61,598 nt of DNA from Candidatus Iainarchaeum sp. GTDB lineage: Archaea; Iainarchaeota; Iainarchaeia; Iainarchaeales; DTGL01. Where the stretch lies: positions 1-61,598 of the forward strand of contig JAWANJ010000002.1 of NCBI GenBank assembly GCA_038895395.1, given 5' to 3'. A program made the translations under genes and the position numbers. The notes below the pieces were generated by a model that had not been told where the DNA came from, made no database searches, and was given only the letters and a program-made list of their open reading frames with translations. Within the stretch, counting starts at the first letter, position 1, and every line of letters begins with the position of its first letter. Of this stretch, positions 47,201 through 56,327 are shown one piece after another.

Positions 47201-48165
47201 ATTTTTTTGCTAAGTTCCACATAAACCTCTGTTGTTTCTTTTGCTCTGACAACTGCAGTTATACAATTTCCTGAATAAGTTTGTTCCGGGTCTGTAGCGA
47301 AAACATTGTACAACCCAGGAAGCAGACCATCAAAATCAACTAACCCATAGCCTTGTGTATGAGCAACCTGTTTTGTGCCATCTTTTTCTATGTTTACGAC
47401 TATATTTTTTTTAAGTATCAACTCTTTTTTTTCATCAACAATTTTTACCCTTAGAGCGCCTTTAGGTATTTCAATCTCTTTGAAAATAACTAGAATTTCA
47501 GTCCCTTTCTGGATTGCTCTCTCAAATTCATGGTTTTCCAACTCCGCATTTTCAACCTTTAACTCTTTACAATCCAAAGGCAATGTAACTTCTATGTAAC
47601 CATCTTTGTCAATGTCAACTTCCTTCCAAGGGTTGATTGACTTATTCGAACAACTCAGCCAAACAGTTACAAATTTCCCTCTTGTTGAACCTTTGCTTGT
47701 TTCAAATCGTAATATTCTTTTTTCCAATGGTTTTTCTCTAAGTTTAAGAGTTAGTGTTTTATCTGTATCCTCTTTAATGGTAAAGTTCCATTCCTCATCT
47801 AAATATAAAGGATGCTTAACTACAATCCGTACCACTGCATTTTCGTCAACACTAAATGAAATTTTTCCTTTATCATCAGTCCTTCTAATTTTTGGTTCGT
47901 TTCCAATAACAAAATTTACATCAATTCCAGATATGGGCGCCCCTTTTTCATCTTTGAAATAAACTGTGAAAGTATAACGCTTTGGTGGTTTTGTTGGTTC
48001 TTGACTGAAAAAGAGCCAATATGCAAAAAAAGCTAAAATTATTAGTAGTATAAGCACAATTGGCAGGGCTTTTGGAATTCCTCGTCTTTCACAAAATGCA
48101 ATGTACCTTTCTTTTAGAGTTGGTGATGAATCTTCTTCTATAAAATCCATTATCCACACCAACAT
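41278..48165 (-). CDS. giant surface protein G1 (2295 aa)
   Basis: Uninterrupted 6.9-kb ORF. Architecture: N-terminal TM anchor (nt ~48005-48070), six beta-sandwich repeats, a conserved core, a two-helix hydrophobic hairpin (FWVNVAVAAGAGLLAGVTCA-TQG-GFWAGVLCFVGAAITTFFTI, nt 43639-43767), then a ~780-aa C-terminal region. Colinear with G2 and G3. The likely start is the second ATG (MDFIEE, nt 48150), which is preceded by GGTG. Confidence 0.85.
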   Translation of the reverse strand: MLVWIMDFIEEDSSPTLKERYIAFCERRGIPKALPIVLILLIILAFFAYWLFFSQEPTKPPKRYTFTVYFKDEKGAPISGIDVNFVIGNEPKIRRTDDKGKISFSVDENAVVRIVVKHPLYLDEEWNFTIKEDTDKTLTLKLREKPLEKRILRFETSKGSTRGKFVTVWLSCSNKSINPWKEVDIDKDGYIEVTLPLDCKELKVENAELENHEFERAIQKGTEILVIFKEIEIPKGALRVKIVDEKKELILKKNIVVNIEKDGTKQVAHTQGYGLVDFDGLLPGLYNVFATDPEQTYSGNCITAVVRAKETTEVYVELSKKISAVLLVRTIEMETQSAVENVEVKVLFDKKAIASDITKEGGVVRFSFFDFGKYTVVAKKEGYFPKTLDINISSSMESLTVELERITEANSGRTIVKVLDEDGAPVKDAKVMFKYKATDSIVELPSSQNYKLTDSNGIAEFVLGWLSEEVYPFVIKYPASGGSAAQAKKIIPDENNYFEVTITIGKSILKVSAFDSRGIKIPESYFEVFSSIDRNSLTKGKIVMVDGEKEYEVKAAQSIYVVVSKDGFLNYESETIQLWPNETYEIKAVLLKEGELPKPKIEFLGIFDQNGGASASIKAGKEYVAKFMLFYPPGASKVGFHFRIGEKSDVNLEPAFIKGVDIKGTMVRIGKTYNPPKSEALEEIVGSDGKWVSIEWLSPKASVYTVPIKIKIKDSTRPKTPITFHYRSYAVINTAYVREPYDEELGDLERTSTKDALYAKTHEIRFYEGSEGVCKELFCVTGVWMYDAQEDIFLKEPYSTVLFGDYNLILDLLNNSQKEYGSLEIRIKNKTQGKSDSALVFEKMLITADIEQKEYMPQDNEFKENLVGFDYGKTLNTNIRFKTNDETTTNIAIDIIADKFVVFSKVVPIKVYSVGKLDVNIEPEKLAPFTEYELKVNIRDGEKKKVKDVLVTMHRTHDDGTNEVVQQLTDANGLAVFKLVESLPNTRVEITAEKMGYSPFKKVITIDSNVARVVPESVSVSLNTSSKTEEKIVLSLENKSGSELLLKSVRFVGNFYDILDEKTMNANATTVVGQKVKPKDQLDFALKVLLSPNAESLLQSNTQISGSIEIIVLVQKHSLTYTFVVPFTANVSLGGLPENAPCISLSGPNVPEWNIATVDNLAKTEVKLSNLCVSNGKPVDLENLQAKLTWASNSKKAGAVEITINSPGGATVTKILRSGVWTKLFDKFENELRSGTYSTIITFKPGEEYKGETAIFTIEFDGQIKTDKGLVFVGADSKINANILIVNLKDCIRYPKKIVLKPEQNETTMTIDANSCNINISVWLCKDDPRCRGGTKEGGITLVPYEELKFTKNETSKTITIHREQIPGIYGITLYAKAPETEYQYIDTIDTIIEPGKGQYFSMNRYEFILTAQTNWKDSANLINKMWVEDVNITAKLCTACREGEELPEYCVMNKALQRATLDKPGFWVNVAVAAGAGLLAGVTCATQGGFWAGVLCFVGAAITTFFTISGAQCDVQMATYAFMDYVINLPSDIKRLEVLELPYDVALSKEEGESNYSKKEQIVTINFENNTNRAAEKGEYGILEIVVNEHIHGDPTHLNPKMERDKADFGVFNVPDTETREYSQKVHLRFVTNSNIGDKLKSISGLKGCSLGTKTGYLAEDVSPKVKLDWRWDSIDWNSCDAENESAIYCDAVQNSIALTKRLYMLEEFFKANDYYFACPKHPRSVLSEGISKSTTDGKSTAIIRSNEVGISNLDYKLNASRTAVTLSATIENKTSEDQKLRVKFLLKSSDYAKECEKEINVVKNTVTTVECLFDNLDKGKNDVYFGLAYITQCSRGCNTSKEVTVAFTISADNGECWIPYSTKKIEGVPALFYFIDRNLSNWNEYVNVKEIKWPSGWPGSTVQEKIQFLKKLLEFDALLIMDGYTEDFKSDFAEYYTTQTFFEVPFWFKNSGGFKEYFISQNALAFETGNPERKLLGPGRYHVFLEIDFNNSFSFFRNNKPNALVKVKYSKISPPEPESLFYYWPIDGEVGLKSSNGRIGYGSGYENTSKPITISNYGGIELRTEGSKGAPLVKVRTEIIDDIKYTNVDPKTRGNILSGTIKENELLLRFSPNTASIAIMKVSDQTSKKLDEKLTASYKLLENGKTTDVGDNLAYWNWIESCKSSENESLSEILNYPDKKLEPETYGLEFDRGMEIRNDFFSSVFFSPQGKNYVLTSASPNVKFLDQQLSEHIAHNLKGAENPEVGSIKELIEKAKEGLLCVDANDNSMSLWWNPKALKENSVINVLTRRSCN

Positions 48166-48179
48166 TTACCTATTTTGCT

Positions 48180-51100
48180 TTAGTCTTTTATACACTGTGA
48201 AGGTATGCTTTCTATAGTGTTCTTTAATGACGAATTGATGATCTCTTGCTGATTCCAGAAAAATATCGCTCTTGAGTCACTTCCAGCACCGGCGATGCAA
48301 ATTTTCTTTTCTTCCACTAACCTAAGTATCTTTTCTATTGAGGTTATTATTGTCTCTTCTAAGCCACCAGCCTCTACACGATTTCCAGTACCTTTTGGAG
48401 TTATAAAGCTTGCACTGTCCATAGCACTCACAATCTCGAGTAAAGCTGTACTTTCCTGTGGAGTATACAAGACAGTCTTAAGGAATGTATCCCCTTTTCT
48501 TATCACGTTGCACCATTCAATACCATATTGGTGTGTATCAAAACTTCCAGCACATTGGGTTCTACCAACACCTCCACGAATGTCTCTTTTGTAGTTAAAA
48601 GCTTCTGTCACATCAACATCACTGAAGTCTTTACAGCCTTTTGTAACACCAGCCCATGTGAAAAGATTACTAGACGCTTCCTGAGGTTTACCATTTATCG
48701 TAAGCTGGTAGAACACATACGCTTTTGTTCTTTCACCTCCGCTTACCTTGAGTATTATTGGTGTGACAACGCTTGGGCTATAAATCATACTTATACCACT
48801 GGCCGCTTTTTCAAGTTCTAAAACAACCCCTGGAGCATCATTGTGCAAAGTTTTAAAGTCTTTTACAACGCGGGCCTCTATCCACCCGCCAGGTATTGGC
48901 ACCGAGTTTGCAATTGTGGTTGTTCTTACTGGTTGTCTTATGTCCTCATTTATTTTTACAGTTTCTTCTGATTTTTGCCTGTAGTTTACTCCATACCCTT
49001 GTCGGCCGTTTTGGCTGTCGACACCTATAAGTCCGTCAAAGGGCATGTAATAGAACACAGAGTCTGGCTTTGGTGTGTCAAGGCGCTCAAATATCACTTC
49101 TATTTTCGCATCAGGCGTGGTGTTTTCAAACAAACACCAACAATTGTTGTTATAATCAATATTTATTTTGATATTATATTTTCCTGCTGGCAGATAGCCA
49201 GCTTCAGGCCTTAAGAATGATGACTTAAACTCAAACAGTTCTGGGTTTGAAAAGAATTTTCCAAGCCCAGTTTCTCCCTTATACCAAGATGGAGTGCTAA
49301 AGAAGTCTTTTGTTTCAGAGAACTCATGGAAGTCTCTTCTAAAGTCTAGCGTATAGCCATCTTGGATAAGATATGCATTAAAATTCACCAGTGATAATGC
49401 TTCTTTTAGGTTTGCGTTTGTTGGGTTGGCAGCAGCAAACTCTGCTAAGCGTTCAGTGGTATAAGGCTCACATTTTTCAAAGATTCCGGTTGGAGCACCA
49501 ACTGAGAATCTTGTGCTCAAAATATCATTGCCAAGGTTTTCATTTTTACAAGTTCCCGGACATGTGCTAAGCTGTGGACTAACTCTAATTGTGGCTTCAT
49601 ACAAACCTTCTGCAAGCTCATTAAATGTGCAACTAACCTCGCTATCGTCAATCACTTTTATTGCTTTTTCACCTTCTGGACAGCTCAAAGTTGATCCATC
49701 TTTTACAACATTTATAGATACGTTAACAGTTAGCTCTTTTTTGTTGTTGCTTGAGATTATGCCAATTACTTTGGCATTAGCTCCACTTTTTTCAATCTTT
49801 ATTTTTGTTACAGCAACGTCAAGCTTTAATGAGTCTAATTCCTGACTTCTTTCGTTCAGAATCCCTTCAGCTGAAGGACATTTCAGTTTTTGGCCTCTTA
49901 GCAATTCATCAATCCTTCTTATTTTTTTAAGCAACTCAATACTTAACTGAGTTGCATCGCAATAGTATCCTAAACCACCTTCATCACATTCATTTATAGC
50001 AATATCTTTCCAATTCCAAGCAAGCTTTATCTTAGGTAGAGCTTCCTTGCCAGTTGAGCCCACAAGAGCACCAACCTTACAACTAACCTCGGGCTTAATT
50101 GTAATCTCGGTGGGTTTTGACCTATGGGAGTTGAACTGTAGATGGAACTTTTGCAAATATCTTTCACCACCAATTACTGTTGGCTCCATCTTTTTCATAG
50201 CTTCAGCATCTTTCTTCATTCTAGTGTCATAGTTGGTGTCATACTCTAAACGATTTCCATCAACCCTAAGTACGCGATATATTGGTTTGTATATGTCTTC
50301 TTGTTGTATGCCATTGTTTTTGAATATAATTTCAATCTTCTCGAAACCTAGTGGTTTATCGGGTGTGGTTTCGACTTTACTATCGCCTTTTTGAACACTA
50401 ATCAGAGTTTCAATTTCCTCTTCTAAACCTTTTTGTATTACAAGTTGTAAGTCTGTTATGTTCAAATCCCTTACTGCAGCAACCACCTCAAGTACGCCAA
50501 CGTTTTGGCTTTGCTGCCAGTAGGTATATAAAGTGCCGGCTATGAAACCTATCAATGCCCCAGTCCAGGGGTCGTCTATGTTTATTATATTGCTAAAGAC
50601 ATTAAGACCGCCTTGTAAAAGACTTCCTATACTTTCTAATGAAAAGAACCCGACAGGTGCTGAGGTTACCATAACAGTTTGGTTGGGTTTCAATTTTGTG
50701 CTTACAACCGTGCTTGTTTTTCCAGCACTACTTAGATTGCAAAAGCTATTGTTGCAACTCTTAAACTTGTAGCAAGGCCCACTTTTTGAACACTCTACAT
50801 CATATTCACATGTAACCGCAAGTTCGCAATCACAAACCTTGCTCAAACCTGAGCCATAAGCTTTTTGACATTTGGCTAGTGTATCATAGCATCCGAAGCA
50901 CAAATTGCTGCTAGGTGCTATATCAGCACTAACACACTGGCCATTGTAGCACTTTGCACCAGTTGCGCCACAATCCATAAAAATGCCTCTTTTACCACAA
51001 CTGTCTTTCCAATAAAGCTTGTCATCCTCGCAATAGTATCCTTCAACAATACATTCTTCTCCAGACATAGCGCCAGAAGATCCACATCTGCTATTATTAC

Positions 51101-54100
51101 AATATCCAAATCTGTAGCATTTACCAAACTCATCATATATGCAGGTTATTGCAGCATAGCAATCGCATCCGCCTGTTGAAATCGTGGGGTTATTCCAAGC
51201 TTTCGCAGCGCATTCAATCTCAGTACTGTAACAACCTGGGATTTTTGGTCCAACAGCTGAAATAAGGCCACTTCCAGTTGTCGGCTGTTCTGGTCCAGCA
51301 CAATCGTTTTTGCAGCATAGCACAAACCTTTCGGCTGTTTGCATCGAAAATGTGCAATCTGGATAGCACTCCTCATAAGACTGTATCCTTCTTGAATTCA
51401 AGTAGTATGTTTTGCACATTTCTTCATCTGTTGCAGGCGATGTTACAATTGGAGATGTTGTAACAGTGGGCCTTGTGGTGCCAGTGGGTGGTTTTGTGCT
51501 CTCTTTTACACACTGTTTGCTACAACAAGTAACATTACCAACTACTGCATAGGCAGCATCAGGGCATAACTCATCTTCTTTACAAAAATATTTTCCAGCA
51601 GATGTGCAGACCTTTTCAGGGGTTTCAATTTTCGTGTCTTTGCACTTACCAGTGCAGCATACAACCCCTTCAACTACAACCTCTTTGCCTTGACTTAAAT
51701 CACAGTTTCCAGGCCCGCAGTAAGTGTAACCCTTCTTTTTACACCATTCTTTATCCAAACGAGCTTCTTCTGTTATGCACTCTGAAGCACAGCAAGTTAT
51801 ATTGTCAACTACTACTATCTTCTCATCTTTACAAAGATTTTTGGTACCACAATATTTGTATCCAGCCTTGTTGCAAACATTTGAAGGGATGGGTGTGCCA
51901 AAGAATGTTTTGCCAGCAGCAAGTGATCTTACGCCCCCATAAACAAAACCAACAAGCCCCCAGATAGCGCCTGTTTTTATCGCTTCCCACCAATCACGTT
52001 CATCATAGCTTATCGTAATTGTTTCTGTCCTTTTATAGCAGTCATTTATGAGCAATGCTGTATCAAATCCATCATATGGATTATTTTCGTCGTCATATAT
52101 ATCAAACTCATATCGATTCAGTCTTAAGCAACCATCCGGCTCTATGATAACCCTTATTAGCTTCTTAAAAGAGTATTGACTTTCACCCATACTTTTGACC
52201 ATAACATAAATAGGATATTGTCCCGGTATGTCTTGTTGAGACGGCATTACAATTATTTCTTTTGAGTCATCTGGTTTCATGGTAAATTCTTTTTCTGATA
52301 CTGCAATCTTTGTATCAAGCATGAAATCAATGGGTACTTTACATTCTTTAGTTTCGATTTTTATTGTTGCTTCGTTGTAATCAACAATTCTAACTAATGT
52401 TTTGTCAAATCTTATGCAGTCTTCCAAGCTTATTATTTCTATTTCAGTATCTATGCTCGCGCTTAGGACTTGCTTGCCTGCATTTGTATAATGTTCTCCA
52501 GTGATGATCACCTTTGCTTTTGCTGTTCCTGTAATGCCAGCATCTGGTAAGAATTTCAAAAGTGCTGAAATTTCTTCCTCTGCGCCAAATGTGCCTTTAA
52601 TAATTTTTGGATAAGAACCGCTAAGCTCTAATGCGACATCGCCAATGCTTACATAGTAATCTCCAACACGATTGCTCTGCCACTCTATCCTTGCGCTTAG
52701 GTTTTTAAGATCTATTGGCTTGCCGTCAACTGTACAATTGTTCTTAACTGAAAAGTCAGTGCTCACTTCATTGCTTTTTGTCTTTGTTTTCCACTCCTTT
52801 ATGCTAACCACTAAACATGACGGATCTTCAACTTCACCACCAAGACCTATTGAAATTTTGACCTTTGTTTCAGAGTTCCAAACATGTCCAAAGGCCTTTA
52901 CCGAAGAAACGCTTGCTGTCAAGATACCTTCTAAGGTTTTGGCCTGTGTCAAAGTTTTTCCAAAATCGCTCAAGGATACCTTAAGAGCAATGTCAAGTTT
53001 GTCATGTGGCTTTATTTCTTTACCAACATATTCGCCTACAAGCCAGTCCCTTACTTTTCTTTCATCAATTGCTCCATAAAAGTCTCCAGAAAGCTTAATT
53101 CCATAAACCTTCAGTGGCATTGCAGTCTTATTTACTAATCTTACTACGGCACTATCTTCAGTCTTAGAAACAACATTTAATTGCAGGCCTATTTCAGATG
53201 GCTCTATGCCAAGCACATTACCATCAGCAAATATTTCCTTCTTAGCTTCCTCGTAATCTGGCTTCTCTGCAGTTAGTACTAATTTTTCTCCAGGCATCAA
53301 TGCTGGTAGCTTGACTTCAGCCAAGCCCAAAGAGGTTGTAGTTGTTTGAAGCATTGTGTTGCCATTTGGATCCTTTATTTTAACCAAAACATCTGAAACT
53401 TCCAAGTTTGTTTGCTTGTCTCTTATCCTTGCTATTATTTTATTTTCTACACCACTGGTTAGTATTGGCGCTTCAGATTGGAAAGTATCTCCAACTTTAA
53501 AGTCTATAATGAAGCTCTTGGCTGCAATTATATCAACAAAGATTGTTTCTTCAAATACGTGTGCAAACCTTGTTGGATCATGTAACCTAATGGTTATACC
53601 TCCAAACTTTCCAGTGGTTGGTGAAAAGTTTATATAGCCGTGAATCTCAGTGTTTGGTTTAACGTCACCAATCTCTATATAAGATGTCTCACTTGCATTT
53701 GCAGTTCCTTTCACAACTGTTTCGCCATAGATTTCATAATTGCTAAAAACAATGTTCTTTTCACTGTTGAATATCTTAAGCTTTACCTTGCTGTAGCTGT
53801 CAGTCTCAAATTTGCTATTGTTTGTAATACTGAATATTAACCTATATTGTTTTCCAACTTTGGCACTATAGCTTCTATCTATATAAACAGCAACATTTTC
53901 TTCAATGTCTAAAGCTTTAAAGACAGTACACCACTTTTCTGTGCATAACCTCTCTTCACCTACGCTATAGACACGCTCATAGGTTTTTGCATACAGCTCC
54001 CTATCACTTAAAGCATTTCCAAGAGTTATGTCTTCTGGATCCCTAACCAAAATACCTTTTCTTAAACCCCACGCACGCCACATAATGCTAAGCTCTTCAG

Positions 54101-56327
54101 CAGCTGCCGACTCTTTGACCTTTACTTTAACATATACATATATTATTCCATCGCTTTGCTTGCTCCACTCAAGGTTTATCCACTTAGAGCTTTCTGCACT
54201 TAAAGAGGCAAGGTCATATGTCGTGCCTTCTTCTGGATTATAAGAAGTTCCTCTTATCATTTTTGGGTTTCCACCTGCATAGACCTCCTTTATGAAAATA
54301 AAGTCTTTTTCCATAATGTTATATTTACCTACCCTTACGTGAGCACCAAAGCGGTCATATTGAGCAGACCTGGGTACAGAAATTTTAAACTTTGCAATAT
54401 ATTCTTTGCCTGCAGCCAAAACCATTACATTCTTTTCGTCCTTGAAAAGACCTAAAAACTCGATCTTTATTTCACCACTAATCCTTTCAGCTTCAAGCCT
54501 TATGTTCATGCTCCTTTGTTCATTTGGCGCAAGCACAATCCTCTGGCTTATGTAAGTAGCATACTCTGGGTGACTAACAAAAAGATAAAATGAAAGGCCC
54601 GCATCTATGTTTATATCAAGTTCACCACTTATTTTTTCTACCTTTAATGGACCTTTTATAACCTTATCCGTGTAAGCGTCTTTTACTATAACATCACTAA
54701 AAGGTAGAGCTTCGTCATCAGTGTTTGTTACCTTTAGCTTTAAAGTTGCTTTTGGTATATCAAGCACAATAATTGCTTCTTGTTCAATGCCAAGCCTAGG
54801 TATAAACTCAATTACATCGCTCCAGTTGCTACCAAATCCTTTATAAGCAAAGAATTTGTATTTTCCAGCGTACAAACCTTTAAATTCTGCTCTTCCATTC
54901 ATATCAGTAATCATTTCCTTTAACCCAAGAGCATTTCCATTACTGTCATAGGCAGCTACCTTTGCGTTTGGTATTGATATGCCCTGAGAATCAACTACTT
55001 TCACAATAACTAAGCCCCCACAGTCATTCGCATAAGGCTGTAGTTCTAATTTTATGATGCCCTCTGATTTTCTCACATCAGTAAGCCTATGCACGCAATA
55101 GTCTGGGTGATTTATCACTAATAAGAAGTTTATATCTTCACAAAGGTGAAAATCAACCCTGCCTTCTGAATTAGTGTCAGCAGAAGCATATTGTTTGTTA
55201 CCTACAAAAAGCGTTGCCTTTGCTCCTTCGAGTGGTTTTGAGGTTGTTTTATCAACTACTTGGATTTTTATACTTCCAATATACCTTGGTGTAAGCTCTA
55301 GGCTAACAGTTCTATATTCGTTAGCTCCAATAGTTATAAACTGAGATTCAGCAGATGTATACGTAGTAGTGGCTTTTGTTTTAACCCTATAACTTCCGGG
55401 CAAAACCTCAAATAATACTTGACCACCACTCGTAACTCCAGATTCAACGAAAACAGGTGTTGCACCAGTGTCTTTTTCAAGGTCAACTATGATGTTTTCA
55501 GATGGTGCCTGACCTTTGAATGTTACATTTACTATTATTTTTCCTTTTTGTTCTGGGGGTTTCATCTCAACAATCTTTTTTAGTAAAATAGTCGACCCAT
55601 CTGTAACGCGAACACCTTCTTTAGCTTCATAGCCTCTGGTGCTTAAAGTTACAATCAGTGGAAGGCAGTCAATTTCAACATCATCTATTTGTACTTCCCC
55701 ACCGTGTGTTGTATATTTCTCAGCATCTGCGGGCGGATTTGCTTTTTTGTTAGAGCACTCAAAAGAAAGCGAAATCCTTTGGACGATGGGCTCTTTATTG
55801 TTTTCGTCTAAAATCCTAAAGCTTACTGTTTGCGTACGGATAATTTCGGTAAGTAAAAAGTTAATAACTACATTTTCATCTTCTTCAATTAAAACACTTT
55901 TTTCAATGGGATTCGGCTTGAATCCTTCTTTAGAAACACGCAAAGTTATTGAGTCACCCTTTTTAACAGCAATCGCTTCTGATAGAGTCCCAGCAGTATT
56001 AGTGGCACTCCTATAAACCTTTTCACCCAAGAGCATTTCAACATTTGCCCCTTCTAAAGGCCTTTTTGCACCAAACCTGTCTTGATACTGAACAAACACG
56101 TTAACGTAAACATCTTTTTTGAATACACTTATTGGCAGAAAGAAAATTACTAACGCTGCTATTAATACTAGTGCCAATATTATTAGCAAAAGGAATGAGG
56201 GAAATACCTTATCAATAGCGTCAGTTATCTTATTTATAGGTATCTTTGTGCTAATCCTGTCTATAATTTCGTAGTATCTGTCCTCAAGATGCAAATAAAG
56301 TTCACGCAATGCACTTATTACGCCCAT
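48180..56327 (-). CDS. giant surface protein G2 (2715 aa), paralog of G1 with a 448-aa Cys-rich insertion
   Basis: Uninterrupted 8.1-kb ORF ending 14 nt upstream of G1. Same architecture as G1: TM anchor (nt ~56130-56205), six CarboxypepD_reg-like repeats (e.g. VIVKVVDSQGISIPNAKVAAYDSNGN...TDMNGRAEFKGLYAGKYKFFA), then shared motifs in the same order. Confidence 0.85.
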   Translation of the reverse strand: MGVISALRELYLHLEDRYYEIIDRISTKIPINKITDAIDKVFPSFLLLIILALVLIAALVIFFLPISVFKKDVYVNVFVQYQDRFGAKRPLEGANVEMLLGEKVYRSATNTAGTLSEAIAVKKGDSITLRVSKEGFKPNPIEKSVLIEEDENVVINFLLTEIIRTQTVSFRILDENNKEPIVQRISLSFECSNKKANPPADAEKYTTHGGEVQIDDVEIDCLPLIVTLSTRGYEAKEGVRVTDGSTILLKKIVEMKPPEQKGKIIVNVTFKGQAPSENIIVDLEKDTGATPVFVESGVTSGGQVLFEVLPGSYRVKTKATTTYTSAESQFITIGANEYRTVSLELTPRYIGSIKIQVVDKTTSKPLEGAKATLFVGNKQYASADTNSEGRVDFHLCEDINFLLVINHPDYCVHRLTDVRKSEGIIKLELQPYANDCGGLVIVKVVDSQGISIPNAKVAAYDSNGNALGLKEMITDMNGRAEFKGLYAGKYKFFAYKGFGSNWSDVIEFIPRLGIEQEAIIVLDIPKATLKLKVTNTDDEALPFSDVIVKDAYTDKVIKGPLKVEKISGELDINIDAGLSFYLFVSHPEYATYISQRIVLAPNEQRSMNIRLEAERISGEIKIEFLGLFKDEKNVMVLAAGKEYIAKFKISVPRSAQYDRFGAHVRVGKYNIMEKDFIFIKEVYAGGNPKMIRGTSYNPEEGTTYDLASLSAESSKWINLEWSKQSDGIIYVYVKVKVKESAAAEELSIMWRAWGLRKGILVRDPEDITLGNALSDRELYAKTYERVYSVGEERLCTEKWCTVFKALDIEENVAVYIDRSYSAKVGKQYRLIFSITNNSKFETDSYSKVKLKIFNSEKNIVFSNYEIYGETVVKGTANASETSYIEIGDVKPNTEIHGYINFSPTTGKFGGITIRLHDPTRFAHVFEETIFVDIIAAKSFIIDFKVGDTFQSEAPILTSGVENKIIARIRDKQTNLEVSDVLVKIKDPNGNTMLQTTTTSLGLAEVKLPALMPGEKLVLTAEKPDYEEAKKEIFADGNVLGIEPSEIGLQLNVVSKTEDSAVVRLVNKTAMPLKVYGIKLSGDFYGAIDERKVRDWLVGEYVGKEIKPHDKLDIALKVSLSDFGKTLTQAKTLEGILTASVSSVKAFGHVWNSETKVKISIGLGGEVEDPSCLVVSIKEWKTKTKSNEVSTDFSVKNNCTVDGKPIDLKNLSARIEWQSNRVGDYYVSIGDVALELSGSYPKIIKGTFGAEEEISALLKFLPDAGITGTAKAKVIITGEHYTNAGKQVLSASIDTEIEIISLEDCIRFDKTLVRIVDYNEATIKIETKECKVPIDFMLDTKIAVSEKEFTMKPDDSKEIIVMPSQQDIPGQYPIYVMVKSMGESQYSFKKLIRVIIEPDGCLRLNRYEFDIYDDENNPYDGFDTALLINDCYKRTETITISYDERDWWEAIKTGAIWGLVGFVYGGVRSLAAGKTFFGTPIPSNVCNKAGYKYCGTKNLCKDEKIVVVDNITCCASECITEEARLDKEWCKKKGYTYCGPGNCDLSQGKEVVVEGVVCCTGKCKDTKIETPEKVCTSAGKYFCKEDELCPDAAYAVVGNVTCCSKQCVKESTKPPTGTTRPTVTTSPIVTSPATDEEMCKTYYLNSRRIQSYEECYPDCTFSMQTAERFVLCCKNDCAGPEQPTTGSGLISAVGPKIPGCYSTEIECAAKAWNNPTISTGGCDCYAAITCIYDEFGKCYRFGYCNNSRCGSSGAMSGEECIVEGYYCEDDKLYWKDSCGKRGIFMDCGATGAKCYNGQCVSADIAPSSNLCFGCYDTLAKCQKAYGSGLSKVCDCELAVTCEYDVECSKSGPCYKFKSCNNSFCNLSSAGKTSTVVSTKLKPNQTVMVTSAPVGFFSLESIGSLLQGGLNVFSNIINIDDPWTGALIGFIAGTLYTYWQQSQNVGVLEVVAAVRDLNITDLQLVIQKGLEEEIETLISVQKGDSKVETTPDKPLGFEKIEIIFKNNGIQQEDIYKPIYRVLRVDGNRLEYDTNYDTRMKKDAEAMKKMEPTVIGGERYLQKFHLQFNSHRSKPTEITIKPEVSCKVGALVGSTGKEALPKIKLAWNWKDIAINECDEGGLGYYCDATQLSIELLKKIRRIDELLRGQKLKCPSAEGILNERSQELDSLKLDVAVTKIKIEKSGANAKVIGIISSNNKKELTVNVSINVVKDGSTLSCPEGEKAIKVIDDSEVSCTFNELAEGLYEATIRVSPQLSTCPGTCKNENLGNDILSTRFSVGAPTGIFEKCEPYTTERLAEFAAANPTNANLKEALSLVNFNAYLIQDGYTLDFRRDFHEFSETKDFFSTPSWYKGETGLGKFFSNPELFEFKSSFLRPEAGYLPAGKYNIKINIDYNNNCWCLFENTTPDAKIEVIFERLDTPKPDSVFYYMPFDGLIGVDSQNGRQGYGVNYRQKSEETVKINEDIRQPVRTTTIANSVPIPGGWIEARVVKDFKTLHNDAPGVVLELEKAASGISMIYSPSVVTPIILKVSGGERTKAYVFYQLTINGKPQEASSNLFTWAGVTKGCKDFSDVDVTEAFNYKRDIRGGVGRTQCAGSFDTHQYGIEWCNVIRKGDTFLKTVLYTPQESTALLEIVSAMDSASFITPKGTGNRVEAGGLEETIITSIEKILRLVEEKKICIAGAGSDSRAIFFWNQQEIINSSLKNTIESIPSQCIKD
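50568..51911 (-). other. Cys-rich insertion of G2 placed between the two hairpin helices (helix a 51912-51974, helix b 50517-50567)
   Basis: Contents, in order:
- Three ~40-aa 6-Cys repeats (C.K.GY.YCG...C.....VVV....CC...C; nt ~51510-51875).
- A Thr/Pro linker (TKPPTGTTRPTVTTSPIVTSPAT, nt ~51425-51500).
- Two ~55-aa 8-Cys repeats (GCY.T...C.KA......CDC....TC.YD....C.KF..CNNS.C; nt ~51072-51236 and ~50725-50894).
- Other Cys-rich modules. Confidence 0.8.
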
